A model generated the notes under the pieces. That model was not told where the DNA came from. It was given only the letters and a program-made list of their open reading frames with translations, and did not search any database. Positions 17,771-28,774 of a stretch of 64,000 nt of DNA are shown piece after piece (position 1 is the first letter of the stretch; every line of letters begins with the position of its first letter). Source of the stretch: Chloroflexota bacterium (GTDB lineage: Bacteria; Chloroflexota; Limnocylindria; Limnocylindrales; CSP1-4); the NCBI GenBank assembly GCA_947475545.1, contig CANJLL010000001.1, positions 686,277 through 750,276 on the forward strand, given 5' to 3'. A program made the translations under genes and the position numbers.

Positions 17771-20545
17771 CTATCGTCCCAGCCTCTGGCGAAGGCGCGC
17801 GACCGTGGCGGCCAGGTCGGCCTCGCTGGCCCGGACACCCTCGACAACGACGGCTGGCGCCTTCGTGATGAAGGCCCCGTTGGCAAGCCTGCCGCGCGCC
17901 GCGGCGAGGAGCCGGTCCGCGTCCGCGAGCTCCTTCTCGAGGCGGGCGCGATCGGCATCGTCGGATCCGGCCCCGGCGCCGGCGATGCCCGCACTCGCGC
18001 CCGAACCGGCCGCGAATGCCTTCGCCCCGATGATCGCCTCGGCATCGCCGGCGATCACCGCGAGTGTCCCCTCCCCCGCGTGCGCGGCAAGGCCATCGCG
18101 TCCATCGACGCGGAACATCGGCCGCGCGCGCGCCAGCCGCTCGAGGGCCGGCCGGAGCTCGTCGAAATCCGAGGCCAGCTCCGACCCCACCGCGACGTGG
18201 ACGGACAGCCAGGTTGCCGGCTCGACACGGGCCTCGCTCCGCGCGTTGCGGATCCCACGCACCAGGGCGAAGAGCGCCTCCACGCGGCTCTCCAGGGCCT
18301 CGTCACGCTCGCCCGGCACCGGCCAGTCCGCGACGATCAGGAGGCCCGGATCCTCCGCGGCACGGGGCAACGCAGCCCACAGCTCCTCGGTGAGGAACGG
18401 CATCACCGGGTGGAGCAGGCGAAGGTAGGTATCGAGCGCCGTCACCAGCGTCCACCAGGTCGCCTCGCGCTGGGCCGCGGGGAGTGACGGGTCGCCAAGG
18501 CGCACCTTGGCCAGCTCCAGTCCCCAGTCGCACAGCTCGTTCCAGATGCCGTCGTACAGGAGGCGTGTCACCTCGCCAAGGTTGAGGTCGGCCAGCGCAC
18601 GGTCCACGCCGGCCACCGTGGCCGCGGCGCGCGACAGGATCCAGCGCTCGGCCGGACCCAGGTTGGCGAAATCCGGCTCCTGGCGGCCAGCGTCCGGCGC
18701 GATGCCATCCGGACGTGCCCCCAGCACGAAGCGCGCGGCGTTCCACAGCTTGTTGGCGAAGTTCCGCGCATTGTCCAGCTTGGCCTGGCCAAACCGCTGG
18801 TCCAGGCCGGGCGTCGCGCCGTGGATGAGGGCGAAGCGCAGGGCGTCGGCGCCGGTCTCGTTGATCACGCCCAGCGGGTCGACGACGTTGCCCTTCGTCT
18901 TCGACATCTTCTGGCCCTCCGGGTCGCGGATCAGGCCGGAGAGGTAGACGGTGTGGAACGGCGCGTCGCCGGCCAGCTCGATGCCCAGCATCATCATCCG
19001 GGCGACCCAGAAGAAGATGATGTCGTACCCGGTCTCCATGACCGAACCCGGGTAGAACGTTTGGAGGTCGCCCGTGGCCTCGGGCCAGCCCAGGGTCGAG
19101 AAGGGCCACAGGCCCGAGCTGAACCAGGTGTCGAAGATGTCCGGATCCTGGCGCAGCTCCGCCGCGGGGCGGGCGCACGTCTCGCATGCCGCCGGGCCGG
19201 CGATCTCGTCCGAGACAGTCACGTGTCCGTCAGGGCAGTACCACGCCGGAATCCGATGACCCCACCACAGCTGGCGGCTGACGTTCCAGTCGCGGATGTT
19301 GGTCAGCCAGTGCTCCCACGTCTTCTCGAAGCGCTCGGGGAGGATCCGGGTCCGGCCGGAGCGGGTGGCCGCCAGGGCCTGTTCCGCGAGCGGCGTCGTC
19401 TTGACGAACCACTGGGTCTTGAGAAGCGGCTCCAGGATGTCGTTGGAGCGCTGGCAGCGACCCAGGGCCATCTCGTGCGGAGCGATCCCTTCCAGGTCAC
19501 CGCGGGCGTCGAGATCGGCGACGATCCGGGCCCGAGCATCAAAGCGGTCCAGGCCCTGGTACGGGGCACCGGCCGGGGTCACCTTCGCCGTGTCGTCCAG
19601 GATCGCGATGGCGGCCAGGCCGTGGCGGAGGCCTGTCTGGTGATCGTCGTGGTCGTGGGCGGGCGTGATCTTGACCGCGCCAGTGCCAAACGCCCGATCC
19701 ACCACCGAGTCGGCGATGATCGGGACATCGCGCTCCACGAAGGGGATGCGGACGCTCCGGCCCACCAGGGCCCGGTAGCGCGGGTCGTCGGGATGGACGG
19801 CCACGGCGGTGTCGCCCAGGATGGTCTCGGGGCGCGTGGTGGCCACCGTGATGGTCTGGTCCGGGAGCGGCTGGCCCGTCGCCTCATCCAGCAGGTGGTA
19901 GCGGATCCGCCAGAGGCGGCCAGTCTCGGGGGTAGCGACCACTTCCAGGTCCGACACGCTGGTTCGGCAGCCCGGGCACCAGTTCACGAGGGCCTGGGTA
20001 CGGTAGGCCAGCCCCTTGCGGTAGAGCTGGGTGAAGGCGGTCCGAACCGCCGCCGCGCTCATCTCGTCCATGGTGAAGCGGATGCGCGACCAGTCAGCCG
20101 AGGCACCCACGCGCCGCTGCTGGCCAAGGATCGTGGCCCGCGTCTCCTCGACGAAGACCCGCATCCGCTCCAGGTAGCGGTCGCGGCCCAGGCTCTCGCG
20201 GCTCTCACCCTCCGCGGCGATGATCCGGTCGAGCACGAACTGGGCGGCGATACTGGCGTGGTCCAGGCCGGGCAGGAACAGCGTGGGCCGGCGCTGCATC
20301 CGGGCGTGACGAACCAACAGGTCCTCCACCGCGGTGCGCTGGGCGTGGCCGAGATGGAGCGAGCCGGTCACATTGGGCGGCGGCTGGATGATCGTGAACG
20401 GCTCCTTGGTGGCGTCCGCCCGGGAGCCGGCGCCGTCTGGGGCAAAGACGTCGGCGGCCAGCCAGCGCTCGTAGGTTCGGCCCTCGAAGTCGGCCGGCCG
20501 ATAGGCCTTGGCCAATTCCTGTCCGCCCGTCGCCGCGTCCGTCAT
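17771..20545 (-). CDS. valS: Valine--tRNA ligase
   Basis: 924 aa with HIGH-like SLHLGHA, KMSKS (KMSKTKGN), a CP1 editing domain and a C-terminal coiled coil. Confidence 0.97.
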   Translation of the reverse strand: MTDAATGGQELAKAYRPADFEGRTYERWLAADVFAPDGAGSRADATKEPFTIIQPPPNVTGSLHLGHAQRTAVEDLLVRHARMQRRPTLFLPGLDHASIAAQFVLDRIIAAEGESRESLGRDRYLERMRVFVEETRATILGQQRRVGASADWSRIRFTMDEMSAAAVRTAFTQLYRKGLAYRTQALVNWCPGCRTSVSDLEVVATPETGRLWRIRYHLLDEATGQPLPDQTITVATTRPETILGDTAVAVHPDDPRYRALVGRSVRIPFVERDVPIIADSVVDRAFGTGAVKITPAHDHDDHQTGLRHGLAAIAILDDTAKVTPAGAPYQGLDRFDARARIVADLDARGDLEGIAPHEMALGRCQRSNDILEPLLKTQWFVKTTPLAEQALAATRSGRTRILPERFEKTWEHWLTNIRDWNVSRQLWWGHRIPAWYCPDGHVTVSDEIAGPAACETCARPAAELRQDPDIFDTWFSSGLWPFSTLGWPEATGDLQTFYPGSVMETGYDIIFFWVARMMMLGIELAGDAPFHTVYLSGLIRDPEGQKMSKTKGNVVDPLGVINETGADALRFALIHGATPGLDQRFGQAKLDNARNFANKLWNAARFVLGARPDGIAPDAGRQEPDFANLGPAERWILSRAAATVAGVDRALADLNLGEVTRLLYDGIWNELCDWGLELAKVRLGDPSLPAAQREATWWTLVTALDTYLRLLHPVMPFLTEELWAALPRAAEDPGLLIVADWPVPGERDEALESRVEALFALVRGIRNARSEARVEPATWLSVHVAVGSELASDFDELRPALERLARARPMFRVDGRDGLAAHAGEGTLAVIAGDAEAIIGAKAFAAGSGASAGIAGAGAGSDDADRARLEKELADADRLLAAARGRLANGAFITKAPAVVVEGVRASEADLAATVARLRQRLGR

Positions 20546-20815
20546 GCCGCTCCCCTCTTCACAAACGAAAACCCCGCTCGTCCAGCGGACGAACAGGGTC
20601 GTGGTGCCACCTGCTGGTTTGAACGCCGGCCGGCTGGCCGCTCATCACGGACCGATCCGATGCTCCTCGCGGCGCGCTATCGGGCGCCAGGCGCACGGCT
20701 CGCGAGCGACCTTCGGACGGGGCGTTCCCGCGCGGCTCCCACCATCCCGCGCTCGCTTGCGGCCGTCCCCGGCCTACTCTTCCCGGTCTCCGCCGTGAGG
20801 GCCGGAGTGTAGCAC
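20546..20815 (-). promoter_or_regulatory. T-box leader (tRNA-sensing riboswitch) of valS with a terminator hairpin
   Basis: Minus strand elements, in order. Stem I element AAGAGUA at 20775-20781. Distal UGGUGGGAGC. Specifier context GAAG-GUC-G, with GUC at 20708-20710. T-box core GGUGGCACCACG at 20600-20611. A 12-bp hairpin at 20572-20598 followed by UUUUCGUUUG, just before the valS ATG. Confidence 0.65.
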
Positions 20816-20895
20816 GGGCTCCGGGCGCCTCCGCCACGTGGCCGGGTCGGCCGGACCCGTCGCGGGAGGGGCGGGTCCCGCGATCGGCGCCAAAC

Positions 20896-22209
<1,314 letters not shown>

Positions 22210-22350
22210 TCCGGAGCCGCCCTCCCGCCGCATACGGCGATCGCCCGGTGAACACCGGGCGTTTGGTCAATGGATGCCGGCATCCTTGCCGAACCGGTTG
22301 CCGTCACCGTCGAGGCCACGAAGCCGCCCCACGCGGGGCCGCCACGGTGT

Positions 22351-23019
<669 letters not shown>

Positions 23020-23060
23020 GTGGATCTCCCTGTACGGGTGCGCTGCGAGATTCTGGTGAG

Positions 23061-24509
23061 CTAGTCCGCGACCTGGGCGACCGCCTCGGCCACCTCGTCA
23101 TCGGAGTCCATGAGGGACCCCGGGTCCGTGGCGCCAAGGGATGCGCTGGCCTGGGCGGTCCCACCGGCCACCGAGGCGCCGGCACCGGTCTCCTCGAGGT
23201 GCGGCAGCGGGCCGAACTCGGGGTGTGCGGCGAGCCACTCGTCGATCATCCCCTCGACCAGCCGCGTCCGACGGAGCGAGTTCTTGATGTAGCTGCGGCC
23301 GCGGTCGGACTCGAAGTAGGCGATGAGCTTCTTGTCCGCACCGTAGCGCCGGTGGGCGCTGTCGATCTCCGCCGCGATGTCCTCCTCGGGGACCACGATC
23401 CCCTCGGCCTCGGCGATCTTGGAGAGCACCAGGAGGACCTTGACACGCTTCTCGGCGCCAGGCCGGAAGTCGGCATGCAGGTCGTCGTGGTTCTTGCCCG
23501 TGATCTGCATGTACGCGTCCTCGGGGATCCCCTGGCGAGCCAGGGTGCCGCGGAGCTCGTCGTGCATCACCTCGACCTCCTGGTCGATCAGGATGTCCGG
23601 AAGCTCAAGCTCGGCGTTGTCAGCCGCGTACTCGATGATCTTGTCGGCAAAGCCATGCCGAGCACCGTCCAGTGCGTTGCCCTGGAGGCGGATGCGGACG
23701 TTGTCGCGGAGCGCGGCCAGGTCGGCGTAGCTGCCCATGCTCTGGGCGAAGTCATCGTCGATCGGCGGGCGGACCTTCTCGCGCAGCTCCTTGATGGTGG
23801 AGCTGAAATGGGCCACGTTGCCGGCCAGACTGGCCTCCACGTAGTCCTCGGGGAAGGTGATGTCGAACTCCGTGGTCTCGCCCACCTTGAGCCCAACGAG
23901 GTGTTCCTCGAAGCCCGGGATGAGCCGGTCCTCGCCGATGACCACGGCCATCCGATCCGATGTGCCGCCCTCGAATGCCTCGCCGTCGCGCGTGCCGGCG
24001 AACTTGATGACCGCGTAGTCACCCTTCTGGGCGCCGCGATCCTCCACCGGGGAGAGCGTCGCGTTCTGGTCGACCAGCTCCGCGATGACCTTGTCAACCT
24101 TCTCGTCGTCGACGGGAGCAACCTCCGGGCCGAAGGAGAAGTTCCTGTAGTCGCCGAGCTTGACCTCGGGTCGGACCTGGACGGTCGCCTTGAAGATGAG
24201 GGGCTTGCCCTCCTCCGCCTGGACCATCTCGACGTCCGCGTTGGACAGCGGACGGATATCGCCCTCGATCAGGGCCGCCCGATAGCCGGTCTCGACCAGC
24301 TTCTCGATCGCCTCGTCCAGGACCGCGCTGGGGCCCAGGAAGCGCTCAAGGATGGACCGCGGCGCCTTCCCCGGCCGGAAGCCCGGCACTCGGTTGCGGC
24401 GCGAGAGGGCGCGCACGGCCTCGTCGATGGCCCGGCTGAGGCGCTCGGCCGGCAGCTCGATCTCGAGGAGGATGGACGACTTGGGAGCGGGGCTGGTGGT
24501 CACATTCAT
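23061..24509 (-). CDS. tig: Trigger factor
   Basis: 482-aa internal start [20 protein letters not shown], with ribosome-binding motif GFRPGKAP and a PPIase middle domain. The ORF-track N-terminal extension runs through repeats and a tRNA and is rejected. Confidence 0.93.
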   Translation of the reverse strand: MNVTTSPAPKSSILLEIELPAERLSRAIDEAVRALSRRNRVPGFRPGKAPRSILERFLGPSAVLDEAIEKLVETGYRAALIEGDIRPLSNADVEMVQAEEGKPLIFKATVQVRPEVKLGDYRNFSFGPEVAPVDDEKVDKVIAELVDQNATLSPVEDRGAQKGDYAVIKFAGTRDGEAFEGGTSDRMAVVIGEDRLIPGFEEHLVGLKVGETTEFDITFPEDYVEASLAGNVAHFSSTIKELREKVRPPIDDDFAQSMGSYADLAALRDNVRIRLQGNALDGARHGFADKIIEYAADNAELELPDILIDQEVEVMHDELRGTLARQGIPEDAYMQITGKNHDDLHADFRPGAEKRVKVLLVLSKIAEAEGIVVPEEDIAAEIDSAHRRYGADKKLIAYFESDRGRSYIKNSLRRTRLVEGMIDEWLAAHPEFGPLPHLEETGAGASVAGGTAQASASLGATDPGSLMDSDDEVAEAVAQVAD

Positions 24510-24609
24510 CGCCCGCGGAGTATAGGGGAGGCCGCCGACGGCCGTTCTCGGGCCTGACAGGCCCATCGCGGTCACCGTGGCCCGATCAGGCCGCCGCGGC
24601 CGACACGCA

Positions 24610-24689
24610 GCCAATCCAGGCCGAAACCCGGCCAATCCAGGCCGAAACCCGGCCAATCCAGGCCGAAACCCGGCCAATCCAGGCCGGGT
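24610..24689. repeat. About 3.8 copies of a 21-bp tandem repeat (gccaatccaggccgaaacccg)
   Basis: Read directly. It lies between the 3' end of tRNA-Leu and the tig 5' region. Confidence 0.9.
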
Positions 24690-24691
24690 CG

Positions 24692-24779
24692 TGGTAGGCG
24701 AGGTCGGGGTCGAACCGACACGCCCCTCACGGGGCACCGGCTCCTAAGGCCGGCGCGTCTGCCATTTCGCCACTCGCCC
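24692..24779 (-). tRNA. tRNA-Leu (anticodon UAG), type II with a long variable arm and encoded CCA
   Basis: Hand-folded: acceptor GGGCGAG/CUCGCCU, anticodon stem CCGGC/GCCGG with loop CUUAGGA, variable arm UGCCCCGUGAGGGGCG, T-arm GUCGG-UUCGACC-CCGAC, then ACCA. Confidence 0.9.
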
Positions 24780-24839
24780 GGGGCAGGCGCTGAGTGTAGC
24801 CGGGTGAGGACCGCCCGCCGGGCCGACGAACGGCGGGCG

Positions 24840-25415
24840 TCAGCCCGCGGGCTTCTCGCCCCCGTCAGGCTTGGCCATGCGTGCCCGCGCCTTGCGCAGG
24901 CCGGCCTGGAACGTGGCCGAATCCGGATTGAAGAGCTGCTCGGCGAGCCGCTTCCCGACCTGCATCGAGGCCGGCCGCAGGAGGTTGCCGGCCAGCGACG
25001 CGAAGGTGCCCGCGACGTCGCGCTCGCGCCGGACGGCGGCCTTCTCATCGAGGTAGCTGGCGAATTCCCGTTCCAGAATGGCGCGCACCCGCTTGCCGTC
25101 GCCGCCCAGCTTGCGGAGCTCCTTCTCCACCTCGTCGGGGAGCATCGACTTGGGCAGGTCGGCCCCTGGGCCCATCACGACTCGGCGCGCGCCACGGAGC
25201 AGCCGACCCGGACCGCCCAGGAGCAGGAACGCGGCTCCTGCGGCGGCGCCGGCCGTCTTCGCGGGGGCGCGCCGGATCTTGGCGGGGATGTCGACCGCGG
25301 CGCGCGCGGACCCCTCGAGGCGGGTGACCTGCTCAGCGAGATCGGAGCGGGCCGCCAGGACCTCGGCGCGGGCCGCTACGACGTCGGGCCGAGCGGTGTC
25401 TGGGCTCGAACCCAC
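24840..25415 (-). CDS. Hypothetical protein (coiled-coil N-terminus, one hydrophobic segment)
   Basis: The C-terminal 191 aa of ORF 24840..25958 look protein-like. The proposed GTG 25415 start overlaps the upstream gene end and is uncertain. Confidence 0.55.
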   Translation of the reverse strand: MGSSPDTARPDVVAARAEVLAARSDLAEQVTRLEGSARAAVDIPAKIRRAPAKTAGAAAGAAFLLLGGPGRLLRGARRVVMGPGADLPKSMLPDEVEKELRKLGGDGKRVRAILEREFASYLDEKAAVRRERDVAGTFASLAGNLLRPASMQVGKRLAEQLFNPDSATFQAGLRKARARMAKPDGGEKPAG

Positions 25416-26338
25416 TCGATGGTCTCCTTGGTGGTGTCGATGGTGACCTGCGGCCAGAACGTCGCCTTGAGGGCTTCGAGATCGATCCGGTCCTTCGCGA
25501 CGGCCGTGCCGGCCAGGACCGGCCACCCAGCCAGGGTGACGAGCACCCCGAAGGCCGCGCCGGGCTGCACGCCGAACGAGATGGCGCTGAACGCCCCGAG
25601 CAGGGCCCCGAGGAGGACGCCGCCGATCAGGCCGGCCAGGGCCGACCCGCCGGCGCCTCCCAGCACCAGGCCGACGACGCCGAACACGATCGCGAGGAGC
25701 GTCATGCCCACGACGAGCGGTCGGACGGCGGGGTCCACGCCCAGGCCAAGGGTGTCTCCCAGCGAGGCCCAGGCCTGGTTGGGGAGCTGGAATGCCAGCA
25801 GGATCCCGATGACGACGCCCAGCCCCAGGGCCAGGACCAGGCTTCGGGCGAGCGTGGCGCCCGGTGTGCCGAGGGCGGCGAGCACCGCGGCAACCGCGAT
25901 GGCGATGAGCAGCAGCGACCCCAGGAGAACGCCCCAGCCGATGGAGCCGAACAACCACTCCCCCAGGAAGAGGGTCAGCCCCACCGGGAGGAGGACACCG
26001 ACAAACAGGAGGGCGCCGAGCGCGATCCCACCCAGCGCGGCGGCGCGTGCGACCTGACCGGCGATCTGCTCCAGCTCCGCCCTGGCGAGGTCGCGATGTG
26101 CGCGCAGGAGCCGGACGGCGGCATCGCGAGTTGCGCGCAGCTGGGCCCGGAGGCCCGGCGGCTCCTCGGCAGCAGCCTTGGCACCCGACTCTGGCGGCTG
26201 GCTGGCAGCCGCGGGTGCGGAAGCCGTGGGGTCGGGAGCCGCGGTTCGATTGGCCTGCGGATCGTCCGTGATGGGCTCCAGTAGAGGGGTTGCCGAGCGC
26301 GATTGGAGGGGTTGCCGGGCGAGATCGACCTCGATCAT
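25376..26338 (-). CDS. Holin-X-like (actinobacterial holin superfamily III-like) polytopic membrane protein
   Basis: 320-aa internal start MIEVDLARQ. It has a charged helix (RAHRDLARAELEQIAGQVAR) followed by about 6 Gly/Ala/Leu-rich TM segments. Confidence 0.65.
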   Translation of the reverse strand: MIEVDLARQPLQSRSATPLLEPITDDPQANRTAAPDPTASAPAAASQPPESGAKAAAEEPPGLRAQLRATRDAAVRLLRAHRDLARAELEQIAGQVARAAALGGIALGALLFVGVLLPVGLTLFLGEWLFGSIGWGVLLGSLLLIAIAVAAVLAALGTPGATLARSLVLALGLGVVIGILLAFQLPNQAWASLGDTLGLGVDPAVRPLVVGMTLLAIVFGVVGLVLGGAGGSALAGLIGGVLLGALLGAFSAISFGVQPGAAFGVLVTLAGWPVLAGTAVAKDRIDLEALKATFWPQVTIDTTKETIEWVRAQTPLGPTS

Positions 26339-26441
26339 ACCAGCGGGTCGGGAGCTGACCGCGCTGCGGGTCGGCGGCGCGGGCAAGCCCGGCAGCGTCG
26401 GGGGCTGCCCTGCGCGTCGTCGTGCGCTACGCTGCGCAACC

Positions 26442-27788
26442 ATGACCACGTCCCCAGCCCGGACCCTGCGGATCGCCGAGCTCCTCGCCGTTGGTTCCGA
26501 GCTGACCGTCGGCGAGACCCGCGACACCAACTCCGGCGATCTCGCACGCGAGCTGACCCAGTACGGTGTGACCGTCGCGCGGATCAGCGCGCTCCCCGAT
26601 CTCCTCGCCGCGGTCCGCGACGCGTTTACGACGGCCCTGGCGCGCGCCGACCTGGTGATCTCGACCGGCGGCCTTGGGCCCACACCGGACGACCTGACGC
26701 GCGAGGCCATCGCCGCGGCCATGGGCGAGGACGTCGCGGTCGATGCGGAGCAGGAAGTCTGGCTGCGCGACCTGTGGGCGCGCCGGAACATGCCCTTTGC
26801 CGCGATCAACCTCAAGCAGGCCTGGCTCATCCCCTCCGCCACCCCCATCCCCAACCCCAACGGGACGGCTCCGGGATGGTGGGTCGACGCCAAGGGCGGG
26901 CGGGTGATCGTGGCGCTCCCGGGGCCGCCGCGCGAGATGCGGCCGATGTGGGACGACTGGATCCTGCCCCGCCTGCGCGAGCGCGGCATCGGCGCCGGGA
27001 TGGAGGTCCGCACGCTCCGGACGACCGGGATCGGCGAGTCTCAGCTGGCCGAGCTGCTGGGCGAGCCGCTCCTGCGCGCTACCAACCCCATCGTGGCCAC
27101 CTATGCCCGCCAGGAGGCGGTGGACATTCGAATCTCCGCCACCGGCTCCATTCCGGATAACGGGCCCGCCCGGACCGCCGCCCAGATCGCGGACTCGGTC
27201 GAATCGCTCGTGCTTGACCTCGTTGACAAGCACGTCTGGGCACGCGGCGAGACCACCTGGGCACAGGCCCTCGACGAGCGCCTGGCCGCGCTGGGCTGGA
27301 CCCTGGCGACCGCCGAGGTCGGTACCCGCGGCGCGCTCGGTTCGCTGCTGGCGGAGATGGACCGGCTGCTCATCACGGAGTCGCACGTGGCCCCGGACGA
27401 GCCGGGGGCACCCACCGAGGCCATCCAGTACGACCCCGCGGTGTCCGCGTCCACCCCCGGCGCCCCCATCGATGACGCCCTGCCGCTCCTCGCCACCTCG
27501 GTCCGTGACCGCGCCGCCTCCACCGTCGCCGTGGCGGTGCGGATGCGGGCCAAGGGCCAGGACTCGACCGTCGAGGTGGCCATCGTCACGCCGAAGGGCA
27601 TCCGGCACGAACACAAGCTGGCATTCCTGCGCGGCACCACCGGCCGGCACCGCGCCGCCATCACGGCAGCCTCGCTGCTCTTCGCCACCCTGCCACGGAC
27701 ACCCAAGCCGCCGGCTGCGGCGAGGACGGGTGCGGTGAATGCGGGTGCGGCGACTCCGGGTGGGGCAGCGCCTGCGTCGGGCGCGTGA
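26442..27788 (+). CDS. cinA: CinA-family protein (MoCF-biosynthesis-like domain plus C-terminal PncC-like domain)
   Basis: Internal start MTTSPARTLRIAELLAVGSELTVGETRDTNS ... STGGLGPTPDDLT. 448 aa. Confidence 0.88.
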   Translation: MTTSPARTLRIAELLAVGSELTVGETRDTNSGDLARELTQYGVTVARISALPDLLAAVRDAFTTALARADLVISTGGLGPTPDDLTREAIAAAMGEDVAVDAEQEVWLRDLWARRNMPFAAINLKQAWLIPSATPIPNPNGTAPGWWVDAKGGRVIVALPGPPREMRPMWDDWILPRLRERGIGAGMEVRTLRTTGIGESQLAELLGEPLLRATNPIVATYARQEAVDIRISATGSIPDNGPARTAAQIADSVESLVLDLVDKHVWARGETTWAQALDERLAALGWTLATAEVGTRGALGSLLAEMDRLLITESHVAPDEPGAPTEAIQYDPAVSASTPGAPIDDALPLLATSVRDRAASTVAVAVRMRAKGQDSTVEVAIVTPKGIRHEHKLAFLRGTTGRHRAAITAASLLFATLPRTPKPPAAARTGAVNAGAATPGGAAPASGA

Positions 27789-27795
27789 CGATTCC

Positions 27796-28572
27796 ATGAG
27801 CGATCGCCCCATCTTCCGCCTCACGGCCCTCGGCACCGGGACGGCCGCCCCCGAGCCCGACACCGCGGCATCGGGGCTCCTGCTGCAAGCCGGCGATACC
27901 GCGATCCTGTTCGACTGCGGTGCCGGCGTGGCGCCCCGCCTCCAGCAGGCCCTGGGTGCCGAGCGGCTGAGCGCGGTCGTGATTGGCCACCAGCACGCGG
28001 ACCACTGGATCGACCTGGCCCCCATGCGCTACCGCTTCGCGTGGGGCGAGCGCGCCACCCCCCGGCTCCCCGTCTATCTGCCGCCCGGCGGCTCGGAGCG
28101 GCTGACGCCACTGGCGTTCGCCATCTCGGAGCGGCCGTCGTTCTTCGTCGATACCTACGACGTCCGCGAGTACGTCTCGGAAGAGGCGTTTTCGGTGGGT
28201 CCCATCACGGTTCGGCCGGTGCCCGTCCAGCACTATGTGCCCGCCTGGACCATGGACATCACCGGCCCCGGGGGCGAGCGGATCGTGTACGGCGGCGACA
28301 TGGGCCCCACGGAGGCCACCGTGGAGCTGGCGCGCGGCGCCGACCTGTTGATCCTGGAGGCCACGCTGGAGACGTCCGTGGGCGACGACCCGCGGCGAGG
28401 CCACCTGACCACCGAGGAGGCCATCGACATGGCCCGCCGGTCGGGCGCGAAGAAGACGCTCCTGGTCCACTACCGGACCGCTCGCCGCGAGATCATCACG
28501 CGGCTCTGCGCGGAGAGCGGGCTGGATATCACGCCCGCGCTGCCGTTCATGGCGATCGAGCTGGGTCGCTAG
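27796..28572 (+). CDS. MBL-fold metallo-hydrolase
   Basis: HxHxDH motif (IGHQHADHW) and an RNase Z/PhnP-like N-terminus (LTALGTGTAAP). Confidence 0.85.
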   Translation: MSDRPIFRLTALGTGTAAPEPDTAASGLLLQAGDTAILFDCGAGVAPRLQQALGAERLSAVVIGHQHADHWIDLAPMRYRFAWGERATPRLPVYLPPGGSERLTPLAFAISERPSFFVDTYDVREYVSEEAFSVGPITVRPVPVQHYVPAWTMDITGPGGERIVYGGDMGPTEATVELARGADLLILEATLETSVGDDPRRGHLTTEEAIDMARRSGAKKTLLVHYRTARREIITRLCAESGLDITPALPFMAIELGR

Positions 28573-28774
28573 CCTGCCCGGCTCGCCTGCGCCGGGGGCC
28601 GGCGTCTCCGCGGACGAGCTCGCCGCGCTGGGCGCGACGATCCAGGCCTCCCTGCCCGTCCTGCTGGCGGACCTCGAACGACTCGTCAACATCGACTGCG
28701 GCACGTACACGCCCCATGGCGTCAACGAGGTCGCCGACTGGGTAGCCGGCGCGTTCGCGGCCCTGGGCGCCACC

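Noticed and set aside
20851-20885. GC-rich hairpins after clpX as an intrinsic terminator
   Set aside because: Two alternative 7-bp stems exist but no U-tract follows. I cannot distinguish a terminator from the start of the valS T-box leader region, so it is not listed as a feature.
24510-24737. N-terminal extension of trigger factor (PGLAGFRPGLAGFR...)
   Set aside because: The extension is translated from the 21-bp tandem repeat and from the tRNA-Leu gene itself. The canonical tig N-terminus begins at 24509.
24692-26338. Prophage or integrated element next to tRNA-Leu (tRNA, repeats and a holin-like gene)
   Set aside because: There is no integrase, no att-like duplication of the tRNA 3' end, and no phage structural or lysis genes. 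The flanking genes are core (tig, clpP, clpX, cinA).
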